A DNA stretch of 64,000 nt, taken from the NCBI GenBank assembly GCA_963720675.1, contig CAVRGH010000007.1, positions 64,605 to 128,604 of the forward strand. Reading direction: 5' to 3'. The DNA is from an uncultured Acidimicrobiia bacterium. GTDB lineage: Bacteria > Actinomycetota > Acidimicrobiia > IMCC26256 > PALSA-555. Within the stretch, counting starts at the first letter, position 1; each line of letters starts with the position of its first letter. The position numbers were made by a program, and so were the translations under genes. Of this stretch, positions 39,744 through 48,165 are shown piece after piece. The notes beneath the pieces are model-generated. The model was not told the origin of the DNA, searched no databases, and was given only the letters and a program-made list of their open reading frames with translations.

Positions 39744-40411
39744 GCCGCACGGGTCCGGAGACCCCGCCCACACTGCCCTCGGGTCGCCGGTCGGTCCTGT
39801 ACGCCGTCCGTCGGCGCGGTGAGGCGACCGCCGACCAGGTCGCCGACCAGCTCGGCATGACCGTCAGCGGCGCCCGGCAGCACCTCAGCGCGCTCGCCGA
39901 CGACGGCCTCGTGGAGGTCGACGAGCTCGCGCCCGAGGGAGCCAAACGGGGTCGCCGCACGCTCCTCTACTCGGCGACGCCGGCCGCCGACGACTTCTTC
40001 CCGAAGGCCTACGGCGAGCTCACCAACGAGCTCCTCGGCTACGTCGCCGACACCGACACCGCACTGCTCGACGGGCTGTTCTCGAAGCGCCGCGAGCAAC
40101 GGATCGCCGGCGCCCAGGCGCGCCTCGGCTCGAAGCGAAGCCTGAAGGCAAAGGTTGCGGAGCTCACCAAGATCCTCGACGAAGACGGCTACTTCGCGTC
40201 GTTCGAGGAGGCGTCACCGGGCGTGTTCGTGATCGTGGAGCACAACTGCGCGATCTGGGCCGTCGCCCAGCGCTACGGCCAGGCGTGCGCGAGCGAGCTC
40301 GACTTCATCCGCGCGGTGCTCCCCGACGCCGAGGTCGAGCGCGTCCAACACATGGTGGCCGGGGCCCGGCGGTGCGCCTATGAGGTCAAGGCCTTCGCGG
40401 ACGCGGCCTGA
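39740..40411 (+). CDS. winged-helix (ArsR/SufR-like) transcriptional regulator with Cys-containing C-terminal domain
   Basis: GTG 39740 overlaps the queA-like stop (GTGA) and is in frame in track ORF 38657..40411. The HTH region is RRSVLYAVRRRGEATADQVADQLGMTVSGARQHLSALADDGLV. The C-terminal part carries C-X12-C and a third Cys. Confidence 0.7.
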   Translation: MSRTGPETPPTLPSGRRSVLYAVRRRGEATADQVADQLGMTVSGARQHLSALADDGLVEVDELAPEGAKRGRRTLLYSATPAADDFFPKAYGELTNELLGYVADTDTALLDGLFSKRREQRIAGAQARLGSKRSLKAKVAELTKILDEDGYFASFEEASPGVFVIVEHNCAIWAVAQRYGQACASELDFIRAVLPDAEVERVQHMVAGARRCAYEVKAFADAA

Positions 40412-40584
40412 GCGCCCGACCGAGCCGCCTGACCGAGCCGGGCGTTCTCCGAATCGTCACTCGCTGTTCCCTCTGCGGCCAGACGTTCGTCGCGATCGCC
40501 TGGCAGAGTGCGCCTCGGAACGTCCACCGGCTTCCCCCCGGTCGCGGTGGACGGATCCAGGTCGCCGTCCCCGGCGCCAGCACC

Positions 40585-40615
40585 GACCCCGTCCGCGGCC
40601 ACCCGGGACGGGGTC
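40585..40615. terminator. 10-bp stem hairpin GACCCCGTCC-N11-GGACGGGGTC between convergent genes
   Basis: This perfect inverted repeat ends 5 nt before the gluconokinase stop codon. Confidence 0.45.
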
Positions 40616-40619
40616 GGTC

Positions 40620-41102
40620 TCATTCCCGGCCGAGCACCGCCAGCGCAGCCGTGACGACGTCGTCGACCGGCCGATTCCCGTCGAGTCGCACGACACCGTC
40701 GAGCTCGAGGGCTTCGAGCTGCGACGCGAGCAGCGACGGGCCGGCGTAGTGGCCGGTCCGGGACGCGAGGCGGTCGGCCAGCACCTCGGGCGGGACCACG
40801 AGCGCGAGGACGACCACGTCCGCGAGGTCGCCCACCAGTCGGGTGCGGTACCCAGCCCGGAGCGCGGAGCACGCGAGCACGATCCCTGGATCACGGTGCT
40901 CCACGAGGACGTCGTGGAGCCGGTCGAGCCAGGGACCCCGGGCCGCGTCGTCGAGGGGGTGGCCGGCACGCATGCGGGCCACGGCCTCGGCGGAGTGGTA
41001 GTCGTCGGCGTCGACGAACGGCACCCCGAGCCGGTGCGCGAGCGCCCGGCCCACCGTCGTCTTGCCCGCACCGGCGGGCCCCATGATCACGACGTTCCTC
41101 AC
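40620..41102 (-). CDS. gntK: gluconokinase (GntK-type P-loop kinase)
   Basis: GTG 41102 lies inside track ORF 40620..41183. It has the P-loop MGPAGAGKTTVG followed by FVDADDYHS, as in thermoresistant gluconokinases. Length is about 160 aa. Confidence 0.7.
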   Translation of the reverse strand: MRNVVIMGPAGAGKTTVGRALAHRLGVPFVDADDYHSAEAVARMRAGHPLDDAARGPWLDRLHDVLVEHRDPGIVLACSALRAGYRTRLVGDLADVVVLALVVPPEVLADRLASRTGHYAGPSLLASQLEALELDGVVRLDGNRPVDDVVTAALAVLGRE

Positions 41103-41197
41103 GGGTTCACTCCAACGCCATGCATCGCCTGACAGTCTGGTGCGAAGCACCGCGCGGCTCGACGCGCGCACCCGACAACCCATCCGACGGGAGCAGC

Positions 41198-42250
41198 ATG
41201 CAGGCGATCACGGTCATCCCCCACCAGGCCGGGAGCGCGCAGCTCGGCGACGTCGACGACCCGGACCCGATCCTCGGCTCGGTGCTGGTCGAGGCGATCG
41301 CCGTCGGGGTCTGCGGCACCGATCTCGAGATCACCTCCGGGGCCTACGGGTGGAGCCCACCGGGCGCCGAGCGGCTGGTCCTCGGCCACGAGTCGCTCGG
41401 CCGCGTCCTCGACCCCGGGCCGGCGAGCGGCCTGTCGGCCGGCGACCTCGTCGTCGGCATCGTCCGGCGACCCGATGCGGTCCCGTGCCCGAGCTGCGCC
41501 GTGGGCGAGTGGGACATGTGCCGGAACGGCCAGTACACCGAGCGCGGCATCAAAGCTGTCGACGGGTACATGTCCGAGCGTTGGCGGATCGAGCCCGAGT
41601 ACGCCGTCCAGGTCGATCCGACCCTCGGTGTGCTCGGTGTCTTGCTCGAGCCGACGACCGTCGTGGCGAAGGCCTGGGAGGTCGTCGGATCCTCCGGGCT
41701 CCGCGCCTTCTGGGAGCCGAGCACCGTGCTCGTCACCGGCGCGGGGCCGATCGGCCTCCTCGCCGCGATGCTCGGCGCGCAACGGGGCCTGGACGTGCAC
41801 GTCCTCGACCGGGCGGACTCCGGACCGAAGCCCGACCTCGTGCGTGCGCTGGGCGCGACGTACCACACCGGGTCGGTTGCCGATCTCGGCTTCGAGCCGG
41901 ACATCGTGATCGAGTGCACCGGTGTTCGATCGCTCATCCTCGACAGCGTCGAGCGCCTCGCATCGGGCGGGGTGGTGTGCCTCACAGGCATCGCCAGCGC
42001 CGACCCCAACCCGGTGCCGGCACCGGCGACCCCGCTCGGGAACGAGATCGTGCTCCAGAACAAGGTCATCGTCGGCTCCGTGAACGCGAACCGGCGGCAC
42101 TACTACAAGGCGGCCCAGGCGCTGCAGCGCGCCGATCGCGATTGGCTGGCCCGCCTGATCACCCGCAGGGTCGAGCCGGCCCGGTTCGCCGACGCCTTGC
42201 AACGCGATCCCGACGACATCAAGGCCGTGATCCAGTTCGCGGAGCTCTGA
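41198..42250 (+). CDS. zinc-type medium-chain dehydrogenase, glucose 1-dehydrogenase-like
   Basis: ATG 41198 lies inside track ORF 41120..42250. Motifs GVCGTDLE, GHESLG, a Cys-rich structural-zinc loop (CPSCAVGEWDMC) and the GAGPIG NAD fold are present. It is divergent from gntK. Confidence 0.7.
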   Translation: MQAITVIPHQAGSAQLGDVDDPDPILGSVLVEAIAVGVCGTDLEITSGAYGWSPPGAERLVLGHESLGRVLDPGPASGLSAGDLVVGIVRRPDAVPCPSCAVGEWDMCRNGQYTERGIKAVDGYMSERWRIEPEYAVQVDPTLGVLGVLLEPTTVVAKAWEVVGSSGLRAFWEPSTVLVTGAGPIGLLAAMLGAQRGLDVHVLDRADSGPKPDLVRALGATYHTGSVADLGFEPDIVIECTGVRSLILDSVERLASGGVVCLTGIASADPNPVPAPATPLGNEIVLQNKVIVGSVNANRRHYYKAAQALQRADRDWLARLITRRVEPARFADALQRDPDDIKAVIQFAEL

Positions 42251-42338
42251 GCGCTATGCGTTTCGAAGCCGTCGGTCCGGGGTAGCGCTCCCGCAGAGGT
42301 CCCGGTTCACGGGATCTCACGCACTGAGGGGGAATGCG

Positions 42339-42764
42339 ATGGAGCTCACCGCAGCGAAGGACCGCGCCGAACAGAGCCTGCTGCACCTGGCGGAACAGGC
42401 CGGCTCTTCACGACGGGCGCGTGTGCTCCAGGACCAGGCCCAGCGCCTCGAGCACAAGTACGGGCGCAAGCTCGAGCGGCTCGCGAAGCAGCTGCCCCTC
42501 GACACACCGCTCGACAAGCGCCGCCGCCACCGGACCCGTCGTCGCGCCCTCGAGGTCGGGATGGTCATCGTCGTCGTGGCCGGCGTAGCCGGCGCGTACC
42601 TGGCGCTGCGCCACCGGGACTCCGACGTCCGATACTCGGACCCCGAGGTTCCGGACCCTGAAGTGCCGGACCCTGCGCCGCGGACCGACGAACGGGTACC
42701 CGCGGACAGCGCCGACGACGTCCCGTCCCGCAACGGGAGCACGAAGTCGGACGTACCGTCCTGA
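42339..42764 (+). CDS. hypothetical single-pass membrane protein
   Basis: This 141-aa ORF has a GAGGGGG RBS. A helical charged N-terminal part is followed by a TM segment (VGMVIVVVAGVAGAYLAL) and an acidic Pro-rich tail with DPEVP repeats. Confidence 0.55.
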   Translation: MELTAAKDRAEQSLLHLAEQAGSSRRARVLQDQAQRLEHKYGRKLERLAKQLPLDTPLDKRRRHRTRRRALEVGMVIVVVAGVAGAYLALRHRDSDVRYSDPEVPDPEVPDPAPRTDERVPADSADDVPSRNGSTKSDVPS

Positions 42765-42774
42765 CGCCGTCGCC

Positions 42775-43206
42775 TCAGCGGCGGTCGAGCACGATCACCG
42801 GGATCTTCCGGTCGGTGCGCGCCTGGTAGTCGGCGTACCCGCCCTTGTTGACCGCGTTCGCCTCGTCCCAGAGCCGCTGGCGCTCGTCGCCGTCGGCGAC
42901 GCGCGCCCGCACCGGGATCCGCTCCCGCCCGATCTGGACCTCGACGTCGGGGTCGGCCATGAGGTTGTGGTACCAGCCGGGGTGCTTCGGGTCGCCGCCT
43001 TTCGACGCGATCACCGCGAAGCCGTCGCCCGCGGGCACGTAGAGGAGCGCGGAGGTGCGCGGCTCCTTCGTCTTCCGACCGACGGTCCGCAGCAGGAGCA
43101 TCGGCCGACCGCCGATGCTCCGGCCGATCCGACCGTCGGTCGTCTCGTAGACCCACTGATGGACCGTGAGGCCCTTGGCCAGGAAACGCATGACCCGCTC
43201 GTCCAT
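42775..43206 (-). CDS. deazaflavin (F420)-dependent nitroreductase-family protein (Ddn-like)
   Basis: This is an intact 143-aa ORF with LLLRTVGRKTKEPRTSALLY, HPGWYHNLMADP and RKIPVIVLDR. Confidence 0.8.
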   Translation of the reverse strand: MDERVMRFLAKGLTVHQWVYETTDGRIGRSIGGRPMLLLRTVGRKTKEPRTSALLYVPAGDGFAVIASKGGDPKHPGWYHNLMADPDVEVQIGRERIPVRARVADGDERQRLWDEANAVNKGGYADYQARTDRKIPVIVLDRR

Positions 43207-43244
43207 CCCCGGACCCTAGGCCGCCTCCGCAATACGCTGCCCCG

Positions 43245-44261
43245 ATGGCGCTTCCCACCGAACCCACTCCGATCGAGCCCACCCCGCCCGAAGGCGGCGG
43301 CACCGACACCACGAAGTGGTGGTGGATCATCGGCGGGATCTTCGCCGGTGCGCTGCTGATCGGCGCGCTCATCGTCCTCCTCAGCAGCGGGAGCGGCGAC
43401 GACAGCGTGACGACGCCCACGAACCCGCCCTCGTCGTCCACGTCGAGCAGCAGCACGCCGAGCTCGACGACCACGACGGCGCCGGTCACACCCGGGCAGC
43501 CCGTCATCGGGCAGTTCACCGCTGCGCCGTCACCCGTCACCTGCAACGGCGGGAACCCCTCGCTCAGCCTCCAGTGGTCCACGCAGCACGCGAACAACGT
43601 GACGATCGAGACCGACGGGGTGCCCCAGCCGAACACGTACCCGCCGACCGGCAGCACCACGCTGCTGTTCAACTGCGCCAACGCGCAGCACAACTACACG
43701 CTCGTGGCCAACGGCTCCGACAACCTCACCGCGCGCCAGCAGCTGACGGTGCAGGGCGTGGCCGCGCCCACCTCGCCGCCGACCCAGCCGCCGACGACCA
43801 CCACAACAAAGCCGCCGGCCACCACGACGTCGACCGAGCCCGACACCACCACCACCACGACCAACCCGGTCGAGATCCCGGTCGCGGTGACGATCGACGA
43901 CCAGGGCAACGAGCACGACCCGATGACCCTCGTCGCCGATCCCACACAGACGACGGCCGGCTCGATCCAGTTCACGGTGAAGAACGCCGGCCAGCAGAAC
44001 CACTCGTTCTTCGTCGTGCAGACCGACCTGCCCTTCGACGAGCTCCCGGTCGATCCCGACACCAACAAGGTCGACTTCAACGACCAGGTGGTGAAGGTCG
44101 GGAAGATCGGGAAGTTCGGCCCGGGGAAGACCAAGCAGCTCACGCTCACCCTCGAGCCGGGCACCTACGTGCTGATCGACAACCTGCCCGGGAACTACGA
44201 GCTCGGCGCCCGCGCCGCGTTCACCGTCGTCCTCGGCCCGCCCGCCCCACCCGGCCCCTAG
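43245..44261 (+). CDS. membrane-anchored protein with Ser/Thr/Pro linkers and C-terminal cupredoxin-like domain
   Basis: This is a 338-aa ORF. A TM anchor (WWWIIGGIFAGALLIGALIVLL) is followed by two low-complexity S/T/P linkers. The C-terminal segment is GSIQFTVKNAGQQNHSFFVV...LEPGTYVLIDNLPGNYELGARAAFTV. Confidence 0.65.
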   Translation: MALPTEPTPIEPTPPEGGGTDTTKWWWIIGGIFAGALLIGALIVLLSSGSGDDSVTTPTNPPSSSTSSSSTPSSTTTTAPVTPGQPVIGQFTAAPSPVTCNGGNPSLSLQWSTQHANNVTIETDGVPQPNTYPPTGSTTLLFNCANAQHNYTLVANGSDNLTARQQLTVQGVAAPTSPPTQPPTTTTTKPPATTTSTEPDTTTTTTNPVEIPVAVTIDDQGNEHDPMTLVADPTQTTAGSIQFTVKNAGQQNHSFFVVQTDLPFDELPVDPDTNKVDFNDQVVKVGKIGKFGPGKTKQLTLTLEPGTYVLIDNLPGNYELGARAAFTVVLGPPAPPGP

Positions 44262-44267
44262 CGAAGG

Positions 44268-45062
44268 GTGCCGCCCCTCGTCGTCCTCCTGCCACCGTCG
44301 GAGGGCAAGGCCCCGGGTGGGCGCGGTCGGTTCGGCCTGCGCTCGGGTTCGTTCCGCACCCTCGGCACCGAACGCGCGCAGGTCGCAGCAGCTCTCGGTC
44401 GCGCGGCCCGTGGGCGTGGCGCGGCGAAGCTCTTCGGGGTCGGCGGTGACGCGCTGGTTCGGGCCGTCGCCGCGAGCCGCGACGTCGTCGGTTCGCCCAC
44501 CCTCCCGGCGCACGAGCGGTACACGGGGGTGGTCTGGCAGCACCTGGATCCCGCCACACTGACGCGCGCGGCCCGGGCGCGCGCCGAGTCCGGGGTCGTT
44601 GCGGTGTCGGGCCTCCTCGGACTCGTCGGCTTCGACGATCCGGTGCCCGACTACCGCTGCAAGATGGGGGCGAGCCTCCCGCCGCTCGGCAAGCTGTCGC
44701 GGTGGTGGCGACCGCGGCTGACCGAAGCGCTGGCCGCCCGGATCGGGACCGCGACCGTCGTCGACCTGCTCCCCGAGGAGCACGCCGCGGCCCTCGACCG
44801 AGCACTGCTCGCCGAGGCGGCCCGCCACTATCTGCGGGTGGAGTTCACCGACGGGGGCGGGCGCGCCGCAGGCCACGGCGCCAAGGCTGCGAAGGGCCTG
44901 GCGGCCCGGGCCGTGCTCGGGGCAACGGCGGCGAAGGTGGAGCAGACGCTGGCGGCCTTCCGCGTCGAGCCCGGGACCCCGATCGGGGCCTGGCGCTTCG
45001 CCGGCTCCGAGGTCGCCGGGGCGCTCACCACGGTGCGGATCGAGGCCCGCAAAGGCCCTTGA
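44268..45062 (+). CDS. yaaA: YaaA/DUF328 peroxide-stress family protein
   Basis: This is a 264-aa ORF starting at GTG. The N-terminal LLPPSEGK and AHERYTGVVW motifs are typical of the family. Confidence 0.7.
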   Translation: MPPLVVLLPPSEGKAPGGRGRFGLRSGSFRTLGTERAQVAAALGRAARGRGAAKLFGVGGDALVRAVAASRDVVGSPTLPAHERYTGVVWQHLDPATLTRAARARAESGVVAVSGLLGLVGFDDPVPDYRCKMGASLPPLGKLSRWWRPRLTEALAARIGTATVVDLLPEEHAAALDRALLAEAARHYLRVEFTDGGGRAAGHGAKAAKGLAARAVLGATAAKVEQTLAAFRVEPGTPIGAWRFAGSEVAGALTTVRIEARKGP

Positions 45063-45092
45063 GTCGGGCCTTCGGGCGTCCGATGAGGACGT

Positions 45093-45905
45093 ATGCAGGC
45101 AGTCTGGGTCTGGGTTCGCTGGACCCGTTGGCACCTCACGCTCCTGATCGTCGCGGTCGCCGCGCTCGTGATCGCGCTCGACGTGATGACGGCCTGGCAG
45201 GACGTGAACCTGGGCCACCTCGGGCGGGTCGGGATGTCCCCGGCGCTGCCGGTCGGCATCGTGCTGGCGTGCATGGTCGGGCTGCGCCGCCTCGGCCTGG
45301 ACCGCGCCAACCTCATGGCGTGGCGGGAGTTCCTCGGCATCGGCGGCGCGGTGCTCATCTACGGGATCTTCCAGTACAGCGAGCACATCGGCGGCTTCCA
45401 GGAGGCCATCGGGCTCGTGCTCGGCGCGCTCGACGAGGAGCTCGTGTACCGGCTCGCGGTGCTGATCGTCGTCGGGGCCGGGTGTGCGGCGCTGCTGGGA
45501 AGGAACTGGCGCAACCCGGAGAACTGGGGGCTCGGGCCCGGACTCATCGCGATGCTCGCGTCGGGCTTCGTGTTCATGCTCCTGCCCGGACACGTCGCGC
45601 AGATGAGCAGCACGACGCGCGCGCTGCCGTTCGTCGCGCTCGGCATCATCCTCGCCTACGCGGTGCTGCGGACGGGCGCGCTGCTCCCGGCGGTCGTCGT
45701 GCACGCGCTCCTGAACCTCGCGACCATCGCCGCGCTCACCGACAACGTCGCGAACGTGTGGCGCGTCCTGTTCGCCGCGATGGTGCTCGTCACGCTCGTG
45801 CTCGCCACCATCGTGGCCGGGGTGCGGCTCGGCATCCTCAAGCGGGTCGAGGTGGAATCGGTCTGGCGTTACCGACCGTATGCGGAGTACAAGTCTGGGC
45901 TGTGA
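45093..45905 (+). CDS. CPBP-family intramembrane glutamic endopeptidase (CAAX protease-like)
   Basis: This 270-aa polytopic ORF carries the CPBP motifs ALDEELVYR and VVVHALLNL. Confidence 0.75.
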   Translation: MQAVWVWVRWTRWHLTLLIVAVAALVIALDVMTAWQDVNLGHLGRVGMSPALPVGIVLACMVGLRRLGLDRANLMAWREFLGIGGAVLIYGIFQYSEHIGGFQEAIGLVLGALDEELVYRLAVLIVVGAGCAALLGRNWRNPENWGLGPGLIAMLASGFVFMLLPGHVAQMSSTTRALPFVALGIILAYAVLRTGALLPAVVVHALLNLATIAALTDNVANVWRVLFAAMVLVTLVLATIVAGVRLGILKRVEVESVWRYRPYAEYKSGL

Positions 45906-47119
45906 CCAGCATCCTCAGCGGTACCCGTGTGCTCGAAGTCGCAGCCTGGACGTTCGTCCCCTCCGCCGGCGCCATCCTCGCCGACTGGGGCGCCGACGTC
46001 CTGAAGATCGAGCACCCGGCCACGGGTGACCCGCAGCGGGGCCTGTCCACCATGGGGGTGTCGCTCGGCGACCCCACCGCGGTGAACTTCATGATCGAGA
46101 TCCCGAACCGCGGGAAGCGCAGCGTCGCGATCGACCTCAAGACCGACGACGGACGCGAGCTGCTGTATCGACTCGCGGAGACCGCCGACGTCTTCCTCAC
46201 GAACTCGCTGCCCGACATGCGCGAGTCGTTGCAGTTCGACGTCGAGCACATCCGGGCCCGGAACCCGAACATCATCTACGCGCGGGGGCACGGGCAGGGC
46301 GCGAAGGGGCCCGACGCTCGCAAAGGGGGGTACGACGGTGCGTCCTACTGGTCGCGCGGTGGCGTCGGCGACACGCTGCGGGCCCCCGACACCGACGAAC
46401 CGGCGGGGATGCGCCCGGCGATCGGCGACGTCATGGGCGGGCTCACCCTCGCCGGTGGGATCGCGGCCGCACTGTTCCACCGCGAGAAGACCGGGGAGGC
46501 GACCGTCGTCGACACGTCGCTGATGGGCACCGCGATGTGGCAGCTCCAGCCCGACATCGTCATGACCCGGCTCAACGGGCTCGACGAGATCGTGCGCTTC
46601 AAGAACAACGCGATCGCGAACCCACTCGTCGGCAACTACCGCACCCAGGACGGGCGCTGGGTCTTCCTGAACATGATGCAGGCCGACAAGTTCTGGGCCG
46701 ACTTCTGCACCCACCTCGGGCGCACCGACCTCATCGACGACGAGCGCTTCCGCGATGCCACGGTGCGCGCCGAGCACCGCGACGCGTGTGTCGAGGAGAT
46801 CCGGAGCACGTTCGCGTCGCGACCACTCGCCGAGTGGCGCGAGGCGCTCGCGACGATGCAGGGCGTGTGGGCGCCGGTGCAGCGCGTCCCGGAGCTGGCG
46901 ACCGACGAGCAGGTCGTCGCCAACGGGTACCTCCGGCCCGTCACCGACACCGACGGCAACGAGTTCGAGCTCGTCGGCGCCCCGGTGCAGTTCGACGAGC
47001 AACCCCACGACCTGCGGGGCGCGCCGGCCCACGGCGAGCACACCGACGAGGTGCTCGCCGAGCTCGGGTACACGTGGGACGAGATCGTGGCGTTCAAGGT
47101 CTCCGGCGCCGTCCTCTAG
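45902..47119 (+). CDS. CaiB/BaiF-type (family III) CoA-transferase
   Basis: GTG 45902 overlaps the upstream stop (GTGA) and is in frame in track ORF 44702..47119. Motifs LSGTRVLEVAAWTFVPSAG, NRGKRSVAIDLK and a mid-domain Asp region are present. Confidence 0.85.
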   Translation: MTSILSGTRVLEVAAWTFVPSAGAILADWGADVLKIEHPATGDPQRGLSTMGVSLGDPTAVNFMIEIPNRGKRSVAIDLKTDDGRELLYRLAETADVFLTNSLPDMRESLQFDVEHIRARNPNIIYARGHGQGAKGPDARKGGYDGASYWSRGGVGDTLRAPDTDEPAGMRPAIGDVMGGLTLAGGIAAALFHREKTGEATVVDTSLMGTAMWQLQPDIVMTRLNGLDEIVRFKNNAIANPLVGNYRTQDGRWVFLNMMQADKFWADFCTHLGRTDLIDDERFRDATVRAEHRDACVEEIRSTFASRPLAEWREALATMQGVWAPVQRVPELATDEQVVANGYLRPVTDTDGNEFELVGAPVQFDEQPHDLRGAPAHGEHTDEVLAELGYTWDEIVAFKVSGAVL

Positions 47120-47120
47120 A

Positions 47121-47165
47121 ACAGGAACCGGGAGGACAGGAAGAGGGAGGACAGGAACTCGTTCC
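47121..47165 (+). repeat. purine-rich 15-nt periodic repeat (ACAGGAA x3, GGAGGACAGGAA x2) ending in palindrome GGAAC-tc-GTTCC
   Basis: This is read directly in the 116-nt spacer between the CoA-transferase stop and the tauD-like start. A GTGCC-tct-GGCAC hairpin follows at about 47189-47203. Confidence 0.5.
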
Positions 47166-47235
47166 AGCCCGTCTGGTTGTGCGCTTGCCGTGCCTCTGGC
47201 ACCGTGGTGCGCACACGGGATCAAGGGGGAAGCCG

Positions 47236-48079
47236 GTGAAGGTCCGCCCGCTCGCACCGGCGCTCGGCGTCGAGGTCACCGAGCTTCGATGCCGGGACGC
47301 GGCTCGATCCGGCGGACGTCGATGCGCTCCTCCGCGCGTACGACGAGCACCACCTGCTGGTCTTCCGAGACCAGGACCTCACCGACGACGAGCAGGAGCG
47401 CTTCGCGGCCTGGTTCGGCCCGCCGATCGACGAGATGGGCAATGGTGAGACGTCCGGCTTCATCTCGAACGTGCAGCCCGATGCGGCAGGTGACGGTCCG
47501 CTTCCGTTCCACTCCGATCTCACGTTCACCCCGCAACCGGTGATGGGGATCACCCTGTACGCGATGGAGCTGCCACCCGGCGGCACGTCGACCTGGTTCG
47601 CGAACGCGACCGCCGCCGCCGCGGACCTCCCCACCGACCTGCGGGCACGCGTCGAGGGGCGCGAGGTGACGCACTCGCTCGCCACCTTCGTGACCGGGCG
47701 GGACGACAGCAAGTCGCGCGAGCACGACCTCGGCCCGACGGTGCCTCGCGCGACGCATCCGGTGCTGCGACCCAACCCGCGTACCGGCATGGAGATCCTG
47801 TTCGTCACCGACCTCCACGCCGAGCGGATCCATCAGCCTTCGGGTGCCGACCTCCCCGACGACGACGCCGCCGCGCTCCTCGAAGAGCTGCTCGCGCATC
47901 TCTACCGGCCCGAGCACCTCTACGAGCACCAGTGGAAGCTGCACGACCTGCTCATCTGGGACAACCAGGCGATCCAACACAAGCGCGAGGACGTGAGCGA
48001 CGCGAAGCCACGCACCTTCCGCCGCAACTCGCTGAACACCGCCCGCTGGATCGAGCTCGTCCCCATGCCCGGCGCCTAG
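47236..48079 (+). pseudogene. TauD/TfdA-family Fe(II)/2-oxoglutarate dioxygenase; apparent +1 frame change near 47287
   Basis: GTG 47236 (GGGGGA RBS) gives MKVRPLAPALGVEVTEL. The next frame gives DAGTRLDPADVDALLRAYDEHHLLVFRDQDL...PFHSDLTF (HxD iron motif) and runs to TAG 48077-48079. Confidence 0.75.
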
Positions 48080-48091
48080 CAGCTAGCCGCG

Positions 48092-48158
48092 CCTGCCCTC
48101 ATGTTCTTGGCACGCTGACACGCGCTCTGCGCGTACGAACGTGCCAAGAACGGGCAGG
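48092..48158. repeat. structured intergenic palindromic element, copy B
   Basis: Sequence is CCTGCCC-tcat-GTTCTTGGCACG-ctgac-ACGCGC-tct-GCGCGT-acgaa-CGTGCCAAGAAC-GGGCAGG. It lies between convergent stops at 48079 (+) and 48166 (-). The outer arms are identical to copy A, and the inner stem is conserved with a different loop. Confidence 0.65.
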
Positions 48159-48165
48159 GGCGGAG

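Noticed and set aside
42630-42680. Direct nucleotide repeat GAGGTTCCGGACCCTGAAGTGCCGGACCCTG.
   Set aside because: It lies inside a coding region and simply encodes the peptide repeat DPEVPDPEVPDP in a low-complexity tail.
43530-45704. Long antisense or shadow ORFs. Examples are 43530..45704 (724 aa), 17648..19480, 45869..47257, 50979..52457, 59792..61546, 18069..19214 and 55392..56525.
   Set aside because: All are Arg/Gly/Pro/Ala-dominated and lack motifs. They lie opposite or out of frame to genes with strong family signatures. This is expected in about 70% GC DNA, where stop codons are rare in non-coding frames.
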